Shown piece after piece: positions 1 through 8,624 of a stretch of 64,000 nt of DNA. Origin of the DNA: an uncultured candidate division Zixibacteria bacterium (GTDB lineage: Bacteria; Zixibacteria; MSB-5A5; UBA10806); contig CAWDFP010000002.1 of assembly GCA_963801605.1 (NCBI GenBank), positions 2,463-66,462 of the forward strand, given 5' to 3'. Under the pieces are notes generated by a model. It was not told the DNA's origin and did no database searches. It worked only from the letters and a program-made list of their open reading frames with translations. Each line of letters opens with the position of its first letter. Position 1 is the stretch's first letter. The position numbers and the translations under genes are program-made.

Positions 1-1
1 T

Positions 2-166
2 CGCCTTCGGCCAGATATCCTGGTCAAGGGAGCTGATTACAAACTCGATGAGATCGTGGGGGCAAGGGAGGTCATGAGCTGGGGCGGGGTCGTCAGACGG
101 GTCCGTTTGGTCAAGGGAAAATCGTCAAGTCGCATAATAGCCAGCCTTCAGGCCGATGGTAGCTAA
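2..166 (+). CDS. 3' end of an HldE/RfaE domain II-like heptose-1-phosphate adenylyltransferase (cytidylyltransferase fold); 5' part lies outside the window
   Basis: Frame 2 is open from the window edge to TAA at 164-166. The translation RPDILVKGADYKLDEIVGAREVMSWGGVVRRVRLVKGKSSSRIIASLQ follows the conserved C-terminal end of E. coli HldE ([23 protein letters not shown].V.......STT.II). Confidence 0.7.
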   Translation, partial: RLRPDILVKGADYKLDEIVGAREVMSWGGVVRRVRLVKGKSSSRIIASLQADGS

Positions 167-361
167 GTATCAATAATATAGTAACTTACGGCGAAATAGT
201 CCGAAATCGGGATAAATTTAATTGACTTTACGGTCAATTGCTCGTATGTTTTTGGCCTTGAAATAGGTACGCGCTGAGGGAGCGCGGAATATTTGAAGCG
301 GCAGACGATATTGGGGGGTAAAACGGTTGCCGATTAAACTTGAATAAAATTTGCAAAATAG

Positions 362-925
362 ATGATAAGAGACGATAAAAATTATTTATCACCTTTTGAA
401 ATTGACCAGTTGGGCAAATCAGGGGATTTGCGCGAGGCCTTAAATTTCGCTTTGCACGAAATTCGGGAAGGTTCGCGTGATGTCCAGCTTTATTTCCTGG
501 CAGCGACCCTGGCTTATGATCTGGGAGATATCCAGAAGGCGGAGCAGCTCGCCAAGCTTCTCCTGGCGGCCGATCCGGAACATATCAATGGATGGCTGCT
601 TTTTGGCAGAATCAACCGTCGCAAAGGTGACCAGGCGCGGTCTGCTTACGGCATCGGTAGAGCCGAGGAAATCTTTCCAGCGCTTATGGAGTATGACCTT
701 CTAAATAATCTCAGAGAGCCAAAAGCGGAAAAGAAAAATGATTACTCGGCGACATCCGATCCCTCCAGCTTTGAAACCAGAACCTTCGCCGATATTTGCA
801 TTAAACAGGGATATTATAACAAAGCCCTGAAAATTTACAACGAGCTTAGTGAAAAAATGCCTGATGACCCTGAGATTGGCCAGAAGATCGAAGAAATAAA
901 AAGGAAAATGGGCAAAAATGAATGA
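362..925 (+). CDS. TPR-like helical repeat protein, function unknown
   Basis: 187-aa ORF with helical-repeat character (LYFLAATLAYDLGDIQKAEQLAKLLL, ICIKQGYYNKALKIYNEL). It overlaps the next gene by 8 nt (ATGAATGA), which suggests translational coupling. Confidence 0.6.
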   Translation: MIRDDKNYLSPFEIDQLGKSGDLREALNFALHEIREGSRDVQLYFLAATLAYDLGDIQKAEQLAKLLLAADPEHINGWLLFGRINRRKGDQARSAYGIGRAEEIFPALMEYDLLNNLREPKAEKKNDYSATSDPSSFETRTFADICIKQGYYNKALKIYNELSEKMPDDPEIGQKIEEIKRKMGKNE

Positions 926-1988
926 CCAAAGGTTAAGAAAAGCCGCCGGCCTGCTGAAGAAAAATAACCTCAATGTTCTGATTGTTACCGAAATCAATCA
1001 TGTCCGCTATCTTTCGGGATTTACCGGTTCCAATGGGATTGTCGTTATTGCTCCTCAGAAAGCTTTTTTTCTAACCGATTTCCGCTATACCGTCCAATCG
1101 CAAAAGGAAGTCAAAGACTGCAAGGTAATAATCGCCAGCCGTCAGTTGGTAACAGAACTTCCCAAATTGCCGGTATTTTCCAAAGGATGCCGCGTTGGTA
1201 TTGAAGCCGATTTTGTCTCGGTTAATTTCCTCGCCAAGCTGAAAGAGCTGTTGCCCGATGTCGAGTTCAAGCCAACCACGCAATTGATAGAATCGCTTTC
1301 GATTGTCAAAGACAGCGAGGAGATAAGACGGGTAAAAAAAGCGGTTCGTATCGCAGATAAGGCCTTTAGCGATATCCTGGGTTCGATTAAACCCGGCGTG
1401 GCGGAATGCGATATCGCCCTGGAGCTCGAATACAATATGCGTAATCTTGGCGCCGAAAATGTATCGTTTGAAACGATTATAGCATCAGGGCAGAGATCGG
1501 CCATGCCCCACGGACGGGCCTCCGCGAAGAAGCTTCGCAAGGGTGATTTTGTGACTCTTGATTTCGGTTGCCTATACGAGGGCTACGCCTCGGATATCAC
1601 CCGAACCGTGGTATTAGGTAAAGCCACCGAGAAACAGAAGAAGATTTACGAGATCGTTTTGGCGGCCCAGAAAACAGCCTGCAAAGCGGTCAAGCCGGGC
1701 ATTCCCTGCAATCGCCTGGATGCTGTAGCTCGAGATATGATCATGAAAGCGGGCTATGGCGACAATTTTGGACATGGGCTTGGTCATGGCATCGGGATGC
1801 TTGTCCATGATCGGCCGGTAGTGAGCTCTCAATCCGCCGACGTTCTCGAGGCCGGTATGATCATAACGATCGAGCCGGGCATTTATATTTCCAACTGGGG
1901 CGGCGTAAGGATTGAGGATGATGTGTTGGTCACCTCCAACGGGGGACAGATTCTGAGCAAATCGCCCAAGAATCTGATGGAGCTTTAG
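918..1988 (+). CDS. Xaa-Pro aminopeptidase / M24B family metallopeptidase
   Basis: 356-aa ORF with a creatinase-like N-domain and a pita-bread core. Metal-ligand motifs are DFGCLYEGYASDITRT, HGLGHGIG, IEPGIY and RIEDD. Confidence 0.9.
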   Translation: MNDQRLRKAAGLLKKNNLNVLIVTEINHVRYLSGFTGSNGIVVIAPQKAFFLTDFRYTVQSQKEVKDCKVIIASRQLVTELPKLPVFSKGCRVGIEADFVSVNFLAKLKELLPDVEFKPTTQLIESLSIVKDSEEIRRVKKAVRIADKAFSDILGSIKPGVAECDIALELEYNMRNLGAENVSFETIIASGQRSAMPHGRASAKKLRKGDFVTLDFGCLYEGYASDITRTVVLGKATEKQKKIYEIVLAAQKTACKAVKPGIPCNRLDAVARDMIMKAGYGDNFGHGLGHGIGMLVHDRPVVSSQSADVLEAGMIITIEPGIYISNWGGVRIEDDVLVTSNGGQILSKSPKNLMEL

Positions 1989-2014
1989 GTGAAGTCTGAC
2001 ATGAAACGGAGAGT

Positions 2015-2509
2015 TTGATTATGAGACCGTCAAGAATACGAATGCTTATTAAGCTGGTTGAGGAATCTAACATTGGTGAATTAGAGGTCTCAAGCTGGGG
2101 GCAAAAAGTTTGCATAAGAAAAAAAGCGGGCTCCAACGGAGATAACCCTCATCATAACCCGGCGAATCTCGCCAATGTAATATTGCCATCGGCGCCAACT
2201 GCGTTGCGGGTTGACCAGCTGGAGATCGCCACCCAGCAGGGTCCGAAAACCCCCATGACCAAGACCGCTCTTATCGAAATAAAATCGCCCATGGTTGGCA
2301 CATTCTATAAGGCCCCCGCGCCTGACGCCAAGCCGTATGTCGAAATTGGCCAGATTATCAAGGCCGGCCAGGTGGTGTGTATCGTTGAGGCTATGAAATT
2401 GATGAATGAGATCGAGGCTGAGACAGCCGGGCGAATCGTTGAAGTTCTGGTGGAAAATGCCAAACCCGTACAATTTGGCCAGCCGCTATTTTTAGTCGAA
2501 CCGGCCTGA
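2015..2509 (+). CDS. accB: Acetyl-CoA carboxylase biotin carboxyl carrier protein
   Basis: Biotinyl-lysine motif VEAMKLMNEIEAE, a Pro/Ala-rich linker and a length of about 160 aa. No accC follows it. Confidence 0.9.
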   Translation: MIMRPSRIRMLIKLVEESNIGELEVSSWGQKVCIRKKAGSNGDNPHHNPANLANVILPSAPTALRVDQLEIATQQGPKTPMTKTALIEIKSPMVGTFYKAPAPDAKPYVEIGQIIKAGQVVCIVEAMKLMNEIEAETAGRIVEVLVENAKPVQFGQPLFLVEPA

Positions 2510-2616
2510 TTTCCCCCCAAAGTTTCCCATAATTCTGCCGATACCTATTCTGGTGTGCATCGGAAGGTGCAGATATGCCTTTTCGAAACGATGTCTATCT
2601 CAGGTAGGAGTGTGCG

Positions 2617-3756
2617 ATGACATTTAAGCAAATGATGCAGGAAATGCAAAACCGGCATTCTTCAGACATGCATTTAAGAGTCGGTTTAAGGCCAACGGTT
2701 AGAGTCGACGGCAGATTGGTTTATATCGACGACCAGATTCTGATGCCCGATGATATCGATAAGATACTGGCCCAAATTCTGAGCTCTGAACAGAAAGACC
2801 GCTTTCATCAGAAACGAGAAATGGACCTGGCGCTGTCGATCTCAAAAATGGGCCGATTCCGTATCAATCTGTATAAACAGCGCGGTACGGTTGGTATCGC
2901 TATCAGGCAGGTAAACACCAAGGTGCCCGGCTTTGCGGAATTGAATCTACCCGAGGTAATTAAAGATATTTCCGAGGCCAAGCGCGGATTGATCATTGTC
3001 ACCGGTACCACCGGATCAGGCAAATCGACGTCCCTGGCCGCCATGGTAGAGCATATCAACAGCAACCGGGCGGAAAATATTCTGACCATTGAAGATCCCA
3101 TTGAATATATCTATCGCGATAAAAAGTCGATCATCTCCCAGCGTGAGGTTGGCGGCGATACCGAAAGTTTCGCGGCCGCCCTGCGTCATGCGTTCCGTCA
3201 GGACCCCGATATTATCCTGATCGGTGAGATTCGCGACTCGGATACCATGGGAATCGCGCTGACTGCCGCCGACACCGGCCACCTGGTCCTGACCACTTTG
3301 CACACCTTAAATACGATCGAGACCATTTCGCGAATTATTTCATTTTTCCCGCCGCATCAGCATACGCAGATCAGGCTGCTATTAGCGGGCACACTCAAGG
3401 CTATCGTTTGTCAGAGACTGCTGCCGCGTATCGACGGTCCCGGCCGAATCCCGGCGGTCGAGGTTTTGGTTTCAACGGCGTCAATCCGCGAGGCGATCGT
3501 TGACCCCTCCAAGACAAATTCGATTATGGAGCTCGTGGAGCAGGGGGCTATTCAATACGGCATGCAGAGTTTCGATCAGTCGATCATGCGGCTGTATCGG
3601 TCCGGCTTTATCAGCTATGAGGAAGCCATGAGCCAATGCAGCAACCCTGACGATTTCGACCTGCGTGTCAAGGGGATTACCTCGGCCTCGGATCGCGGCT
3701 GGAACGAATTTGACGTTAAGAATAATCCCAAGCCTAAAGAAAAATTATCGTTTTAA
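2617..3756 (+). CDS. pilT: Type IV pilus retraction ATPase PilT family
   Basis: Walker A GTTGSGKST, Walker B PDIILIGEIRD and His-box GHLVLTTLHT. At 379 aa it has PilT/PilU size and layout. Confidence 0.9.
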   Translation: MTFKQMMQEMQNRHSSDMHLRVGLRPTVRVDGRLVYIDDQILMPDDIDKILAQILSSEQKDRFHQKREMDLALSISKMGRFRINLYKQRGTVGIAIRQVNTKVPGFAELNLPEVIKDISEAKRGLIIVTGTTGSGKSTSLAAMVEHINSNRAENILTIEDPIEYIYRDKKSIISQREVGGDTESFAAALRHAFRQDPDIILIGEIRDSDTMGIALTAADTGHLVLTTLHTLNTIETISRIISFFPPHQHTQIRLLLAGTLKAIVCQRLLPRIDGPGRIPAVEVLVSTASIREAIVDPSKTNSIMELVEQGAIQYGMQSFDQSIMRLYRSGFISYEEAMSQCSNPDDFDLRVKGITSASDRGWNEFDVKNNPKPKEKLSF

Positions 3757-3778
3757 GATCGCTGCCATCACATCCCTA

Positions 3779-3817
3779 AAATGCCCTGATGATTTTGCAT
3801 CGGGGCATTTGCTTTTA
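3779..3817 (+). terminator. Rho-independent terminator after pilT
   Basis: 8-bp stem AAATGCCC (3779-3786) / GGGCATTT (3803-3810) with a 16-nt loop, followed by GCTTTTA. Confidence 0.55.
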
Positions 3818-4195
3818 TGATTATATTAATGCAGTCAAGTTCAAGAACCTGACTGCTGTATGCAGGTATGGTTAGGATGATTCATAACGGGTTTTAGCGG
3901 GGTAGGAGGAGTATTATTAGGATTACCTATAGCAGTCTGCCAAAACAGTTGATGATTATGTTTATATCGGGTATATTAATCAGGCGCATTTTGCGGGCAA
4001 AAAATCAATTAAGTTTAGCGGGATTTAGCTATGAAAAGAGATTAAAGAGCTTCGCGAATTTGATCCGATTTTAAGCGAAAATCAAAATTTATAAAGGCAG
4101 GTATAAGTAGGCCAGGAAGATGCTCGCGGGGAGATATAAAATAGAACCTTTTGAAGGGATAGAACTCAGGATTAAAATCGCGAGGGTGGTTAATA

Positions 4196-4756
4196 GTGTT
4201 TGAGCTCCTGTTGTTAAAAATTGCCGCCAAACTTCAAAAGCTTAAGATCGACTACATGATTGTTGGGAGTCAGGCCGGGCTACTCGATGGAGAGCCAGGT
4301 TTGACCAAAAATATCGAAGTTACATTAGCCATTGAAAATGATCGTTTGCCCGAAATCCTTAATTTTTCGAAAGAACTTAAATTAAGGGTACTTGCAGATG
4401 ATCCTGATGACTTTACTAAAAAAACAAAAGTTCTTACGATGACGGAAAATACAAGCGGAATTCGAATTGATTTTATTTTCTCCTCTTCAGAATATGAGAG
4501 AATTGCTATTTCTCGAGCGGTTTCCATAAATTTTGGCAAGGCGGCAGTAAGATTTGCATCGTTAGAAGATTTGGTAATTCACAAAATAATCGCAGGCAGG
4601 CCAAATGATGTTGAAGAGGTAAAATCAATTTTATCCAGGAATTTTGAGTATGATAAAAAGTATATAAAAAAATGGCTCGGCGAATTCGATAAGGCTCTCA
4701 ATACATCTTATGTGGAATCATTCAAATCTGTAATAAGACAATTAACTGAAAGTTAA
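4196..4756 (+). CDS. Nucleotidyltransferase-fold protein (DUF6036/MNT-like) with a degenerate catalytic motif
   Basis: 186-aa ORF with a GTG start. It has the pattern IDYMIVGSQAGLLDGEPGLTKNIEV where minimal NTases carry G-S...D-x-D. It also has a third acidic strand IRIDFIF and a C-terminal helix ASLEDLVIHKIIAGRPNDVEEVKSIL typical of this fold. Confidence 0.5.
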   Translation: MFELLLLKIAAKLQKLKIDYMIVGSQAGLLDGEPGLTKNIEVTLAIENDRLPEILNFSKELKLRVLADDPDDFTKKTKVLTMTENTSGIRIDFIFSSSEYERIAISRAVSINFGKAAVRFASLEDLVIHKIIAGRPNDVEEVKSILSRNFEYDKKYIKKWLGEFDKALNTSYVESFKSVIRQLTES

Positions 4757-4771
4757 TTTATTAACCTTGAG

Positions 4772-5434
4772 ATGATAAAACCTCTCGTTCTAATACCAGC
4801 GCATAACTCATTTAATTTTCTCGGCAAACTGATCCCCGAGGTAAAAAAGTATAGTTCCGATATCCTCGTTGTCGATGATGGCTCAACCGATGCTACCTCG
4901 GAAATGGCGGAAAGCTCAGGCGTGCATATCCTGCGGCACTTTTCCAACCGAGGGAAAGGGGCGGCTCTCAAGACGGGATTTGAATATATGCTGCGAGAAG
5001 GTTTTGATGTGGTTTTAACTCTCGATTCCGATGGCCAGCATGACCCCCAATATATCCCCGAATTCCTGAAAGCTTATAACGATACGCAAGGTGACCTGAT
5101 TATCGGGTCCCGTATTCACGATAAAGCCGATATGCCCTGGGACAGGCGCTTTTCAAATTGGACGACGTCGCATCTCATATCGCTTCTTTTAAGAGCGAAG
5201 ATCGAGGATATTCAATCCGGATACCGTCTTTATTCGCGTCGGATTCTGGAAACAATCCATCTGGAATCGGATCGCTTCGAGCTTGAAACCGAAGTCGTCA
5301 TCAAAGCGGTCCAATCCGGAATGACGCCTCATTTTATCCCGATAAAGGTGGAGTACGGCTATGGATTTCCCAGTCATATGAGCCGGTTCTCTGATACTTT
5401 TAGATGGTGCCGTCGGGTGCTGGAGCTTATTTGA
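4772..5434 (+). CDS. Glycosyltransferase family 2 (soluble GT-A, DPM1/GtrB-like)
   Basis: VVDDGSTD and LDSDGQHD (DxD) motifs, plus GSR...FSN...QSGYRLY, which is typical of polyprenyl-phosphate glycosyltransferases. 220 aa. Confidence 0.85.
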   Translation: MIKPLVLIPAHNSFNFLGKLIPEVKKYSSDILVVDDGSTDATSEMAESSGVHILRHFSNRGKGAALKTGFEYMLREGFDVVLTLDSDGQHDPQYIPEFLKAYNDTQGDLIIGSRIHDKADMPWDRRFSNWTTSHLISLLLRAKIEDIQSGYRLYSRRILETIHLESDRFELETEVVIKAVQSGMTPHFIPIKVEYGYGFPSHMSRFSDTFRWCRRVLELI

Positions 5435-5477
5435 TTTTGCTTGCAGAAAAGTCTATCAAGCCCTTAATTCAACCATA

Positions 5478-6236
5478 ATGCTAATTCTGATTTCCAACGA
5501 TGATGGTTACATGGCTGACGGTATCAAGGCCCTGGCAGCCAGCCTTAAAAAGCTGGGACGGGTCGTTATTGTGGCGCCTCAATGGGAGCAGTCCGGAACC
5601 GGCCATTCGCTGACCCTCTATCGTCCTCTGCGCACCAAGAAGATTGCGCCTGATATCTACGCCGTATCCGGAACCCCCACCGATGCTGTCATGATCGCGG
5701 TTTATTGTCTCCTGAAAACCAAACCGGATATTCTGGTTTCAGGTATCAACCACGGGCCTAATATGGGGGATGATATTACCTATTCGGGTACCGTCGCCGC
5801 CGCCATGGAAGGCACCATGCTCGATATCCCATCGATAGCAGTTTCGCTGGCGGTATCTAATCATACCGAACCGATCAATCGCAAGCGATTTGCAAAGGCG
5901 GCAAATTTCAGCGCCCGACTGGTTAAGGCGGTCATTAAAAATGGTATCCCCAAGAACACTCTTCTGAATGTCAATGTACCCGATACAACTACGGTCAATC
6001 CGCGTCAGCATATGATCACCAAGCTTGGCAAACGCGAATACCGCGATGTAATCACCGAGAAAATAGATCCGCGAGGCGAACCGTATTTCTGGATCGGCGG
6101 GCATTACATCATAACGGATAAAGGACCCGAAACCGACTACGGCGCTATCCAAAATAATCTGATCTCGGTTACCCCGCTCGATGTCGATCTCACGGACACA
6201 CGCATTCTTGGTGAGCTAAGAAAATGGAAGATATAG
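5478..6236 (+). CDS. surE: 5'/3'-nucleotidase SurE
   Basis: ILISNDDGY, SGINHGPNMGDDITYSGTVAAAMEG and a C-terminal ISVTPL motif. 252 aa. Confidence 0.95.
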   Translation: MLILISNDDGYMADGIKALAASLKKLGRVVIVAPQWEQSGTGHSLTLYRPLRTKKIAPDIYAVSGTPTDAVMIAVYCLLKTKPDILVSGINHGPNMGDDITYSGTVAAAMEGTMLDIPSIAVSLAVSNHTEPINRKRFAKAANFSARLVKAVIKNGIPKNTLLNVNVPDTTTVNPRQHMITKLGKREYRDVITEKIDPRGEPYFWIGGHYIITDKGPETDYGAIQNNLISVTPLDVDLTDTRILGELRKWKI

Positions 6237-6341
6237 GGTTACGTCGCTACCCTAAACCGAAAAATCAGGGGACATTTTAAAGGAAACCTCGGTATTGTTA
6301 TTTTCGTATTTATAAAGGGATAATTTACTGGGAGCGGATCC

Positions 6342-7805
6342 ATGAAATATCGCAAAATTATTTTGATAGTATTCATCGTTCTGGTTGGGGTATCACTGAT
6401 TTATGCCCTGATGGATCAGAGAACGGTGACAACGTCATCTGAGAAAGCATATCAGGCTTATCTTAGAGGCGAGGATTTGATATATAGATTTTATCAGCGG
6501 GAGGCTCTTCAGGAGTTTGAGAACGCCACCAAACTCGATCCGAATTTTGCGATGGCTTACGCCCGCATGGCCATGCTCTATAAGAATTTCGATCGTCAAA
6601 AGGATTACTTAGACGCTAAGACTCGGGCCTTATCTCTTTTAGACAGAGTTAAGGATAAGGAAAAGATTATTATTAATTTGGATTTTGCCCAGGCCGACGA
6701 AAGAAAGGCCGATATCGATAAATATACCAAGGAACTCGTCGATAAATTTCCCGACAGTTTTGATGCTCACGAGTTTCTTTCAACTAAATATCTCAGCGAA
6801 CAGAATTACGATAAGGTTATCGAGGAGAATCTAATTCTCCTTAAGAAAAAGCCCAATTATATGCAATCATATAATCTTTTGGGTTACGCCTATTTTTATA
6901 AAGGCGATTACGATAAAGCTTTGGAGAATATCGGGAAATATTCCGATATGGCTCCCGATCAGGCCAACCCCCATGATTCCCACGGTGAGCTTTTGCTCAA
7001 CATGGGGCGTTATGATGAGGCGTTAGCTCAATTCCGAACGGCCGACAGCATAAAGTCCGGGCTTTATTTCGTGGTAGCCCATCTTGGCGATACGTATGCC
7101 GCCAAGGGAATGTACCGAGATGCAATAGGCGCTTATTTAAAGGCGAGAGATCTCAGCCCCAATGATAGAATGAAAGCCCAAATGGATGCCAATGTCGCCA
7201 TGTGTTATGTATATAGCAATCAGCCCGAAATGGCGATTGGTATTTTACAGGAAGCCCTGGCTAAAGTGCCGGATGATCTTAAATGCAACGCGATTTTGGG
7301 CGCAATTTACTCCCGTAACGGGAAAATGGATGATGCTCTGGTTCAATTAGGAGTCGTTAAAGGTATCGTGGCAAGGTTTAAGATACCGCCAAATACGACC
7401 GATAAAAACCTCCTGGCGACCTTAGGAGCGGAAAAATATCTGGCTGGCGCGATTGCTATGGATAAGGGAGAGTACACCACGGCGGCCACCAATTTTGATT
7501 GCGTTTACCAGACTGCAATGAGTTCTGATAAGATTCTTTTTTCGTCATTTTTGGGCAACGCACTATTGAAAGCGGGATTATCCGATAGCGCTATAACCGT
7601 TCTTACCAATGCCTTGAAATTAAATCCCAATTCGTCGTTTTGCCTGCATTCATTGGCCGCTGCCTACGGGGCGGTCGGTCAAAAAGCGGCTCAGCGTGAC
7701 GTTCTGATGCGTTATTTATCGGTAATGAAAGACGCTGATGATGGCAATTCGAATGTCGATGAAGCATCCGCTCAGCTCGAGGAATTGAATCGCAAAAACC
7801 TGTAG
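6342..7805 (+). CDS. Membrane-anchored TPR repeat protein
   Basis: N-terminal TM helix IILIVFIVLVGVSLIYAL followed by many 34-aa TPR-like units (AYARMAMLY..., LGYAYFYKGDYDKALE..., HLGDTYAAKGMYRDAIGAYLKA...). Confidence 0.8.
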   Translation: MKYRKIILIVFIVLVGVSLIYALMDQRTVTTSSEKAYQAYLRGEDLIYRFYQREALQEFENATKLDPNFAMAYARMAMLYKNFDRQKDYLDAKTRALSLLDRVKDKEKIIINLDFAQADERKADIDKYTKELVDKFPDSFDAHEFLSTKYLSEQNYDKVIEENLILLKKKPNYMQSYNLLGYAYFYKGDYDKALENIGKYSDMAPDQANPHDSHGELLLNMGRYDEALAQFRTADSIKSGLYFVVAHLGDTYAAKGMYRDAIGAYLKARDLSPNDRMKAQMDANVAMCYVYSNQPEMAIGILQEALAKVPDDLKCNAILGAIYSRNGKMDDALVQLGVVKGIVARFKIPPNTTDKNLLATLGAEKYLAGAIAMDKGEYTTAATNFDCVYQTAMSSDKILFSSFLGNALLKAGLSDSAITVLTNALKLNPNSSFCLHSLAAAYGAVGQKAAQRDVLMRYLSVMKDADDGNSNVDEASAQLEELNRKNL

Positions 7806-7873
7806 ATATAGTCTGTTGGCGTTAGAATAGCTATTTAATCAAAATCGATTTTCTATTTTAATTCTGTCTTTGG

Positions 7874-7896
7874 AAGATATTTTCAATATCTTTTGA
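7874..7896 (+). terminator. Weak AT-rich hairpin after the TPR gene
   Basis: AAGATATT-TTC-AATATCTT (8-bp stem) followed by TT. The low GC content makes it a weak candidate. Confidence 0.3.
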
Positions 7897-7941
7897 GCGA
7901 TAAGATCGATTTCAAAATTTGATTTAGAGCTACAATTTGAA

Positions 7942-7969
7942 TTGACATCGGCAATTGCACGATTATATT
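7942..7969 (+). promoter_or_regulatory. Sigma70-type promoter for tRNA-Glu
   Basis: TTGACA (7942-7947), a 16-nt spacer and TATATT (7964-7969). The mature tRNA 5' end lies 13 nt downstream. Confidence 0.5.
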
Positions 7970-7981
7970 TGGCATGCAGAC

Positions 7982-8056
7982 GTCCCCATCGTCTAGCCCG
8001 GTCTAGGACATCGCCCTTTCACGGCGACGACAGGGGTTCAAATCCCCTTGGGGACG
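7982..8056 (+). tRNA. tRNA-Glu (anticodon TTC)
   Basis: GTCCCCATCGTCTAGCCCGGTCTAGGACATCGCCCTTTCACGGCGACGACAGGGGTTCAAATCCCCTTGGGGACG. The acceptor stem is GTCCCCA/TGGGGAC, the anticodon loop is CTTTCAC and the T-loop is GGTTCAAATCC. It is close to E. coli tRNA-Glu. CCA is not encoded. Confidence 0.95.
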
Positions 8057-8624
8057 CTTTATTATTTCCGGACGTATCCTCGACAAATAGCAAATCGACA
8101 GTCGCTATTTATCACGACAAATCGTCTACGGCAGTAATGCCCCAATAATAGGCAACATTGCCACTTTTTGGGTTCGAAATCTTTTGCCAATTCGTTTTTA
8201 ATGATTATTTCTGCTTAAGATTTTGGCTATATTTTCCTATTACCTTTTGTTCTGCAACTATAATAGGAAATTGAACTTGACAATGCCAATGGCGTCAATA
8301 TATTTAATTTCGGGATGACGGGTAATAGGTTCCTGCCGAAAATTCGCGCGGGTTTTCCTATCCTTGCGAGAAATTAGCATAATACCTTCAATCGGATGCG
8401 CCGCGTTTTTTAGGAATCCATTCCCGTGTTGAGAGATCTGCAATTTCTACCTCAGGGTAAAATAATTAATTGACAAGTTAAGCAGAGGAGGTGATGGGGG
8501 AGAGCGCAATTGGTAACGAATCGTCACTAATATTTTGCGAAAATCTTAAAATCAACACAAGGAAATCAAACCGTTTTTGTTTGTCAGTATTATCTAAAAA
8601 ATTATGGTTTAATTGGAGAGAAAT

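Noticed and set aside
2015-2509. accB without an adjacent accC, considered as an anomaly
   Set aside because: Split accB/accC arrangements occur in several bacterial lineages, so this is not informative on its own.
7942-8148. 68-codon plus-strand ORF in the ORF track
   Set aside because: It is read straight through tRNA-Glu (7982-8056) and its promoter, so the tRNA explains the sequence.
8258-8443. 61-codon minus-strand ORF downstream of tRNA-Glu, considered as a toxin/antitoxin or integrase remnant
   Set aside because: It has no recognisable motif, no RBS and no partner gene. It is too weak to call.
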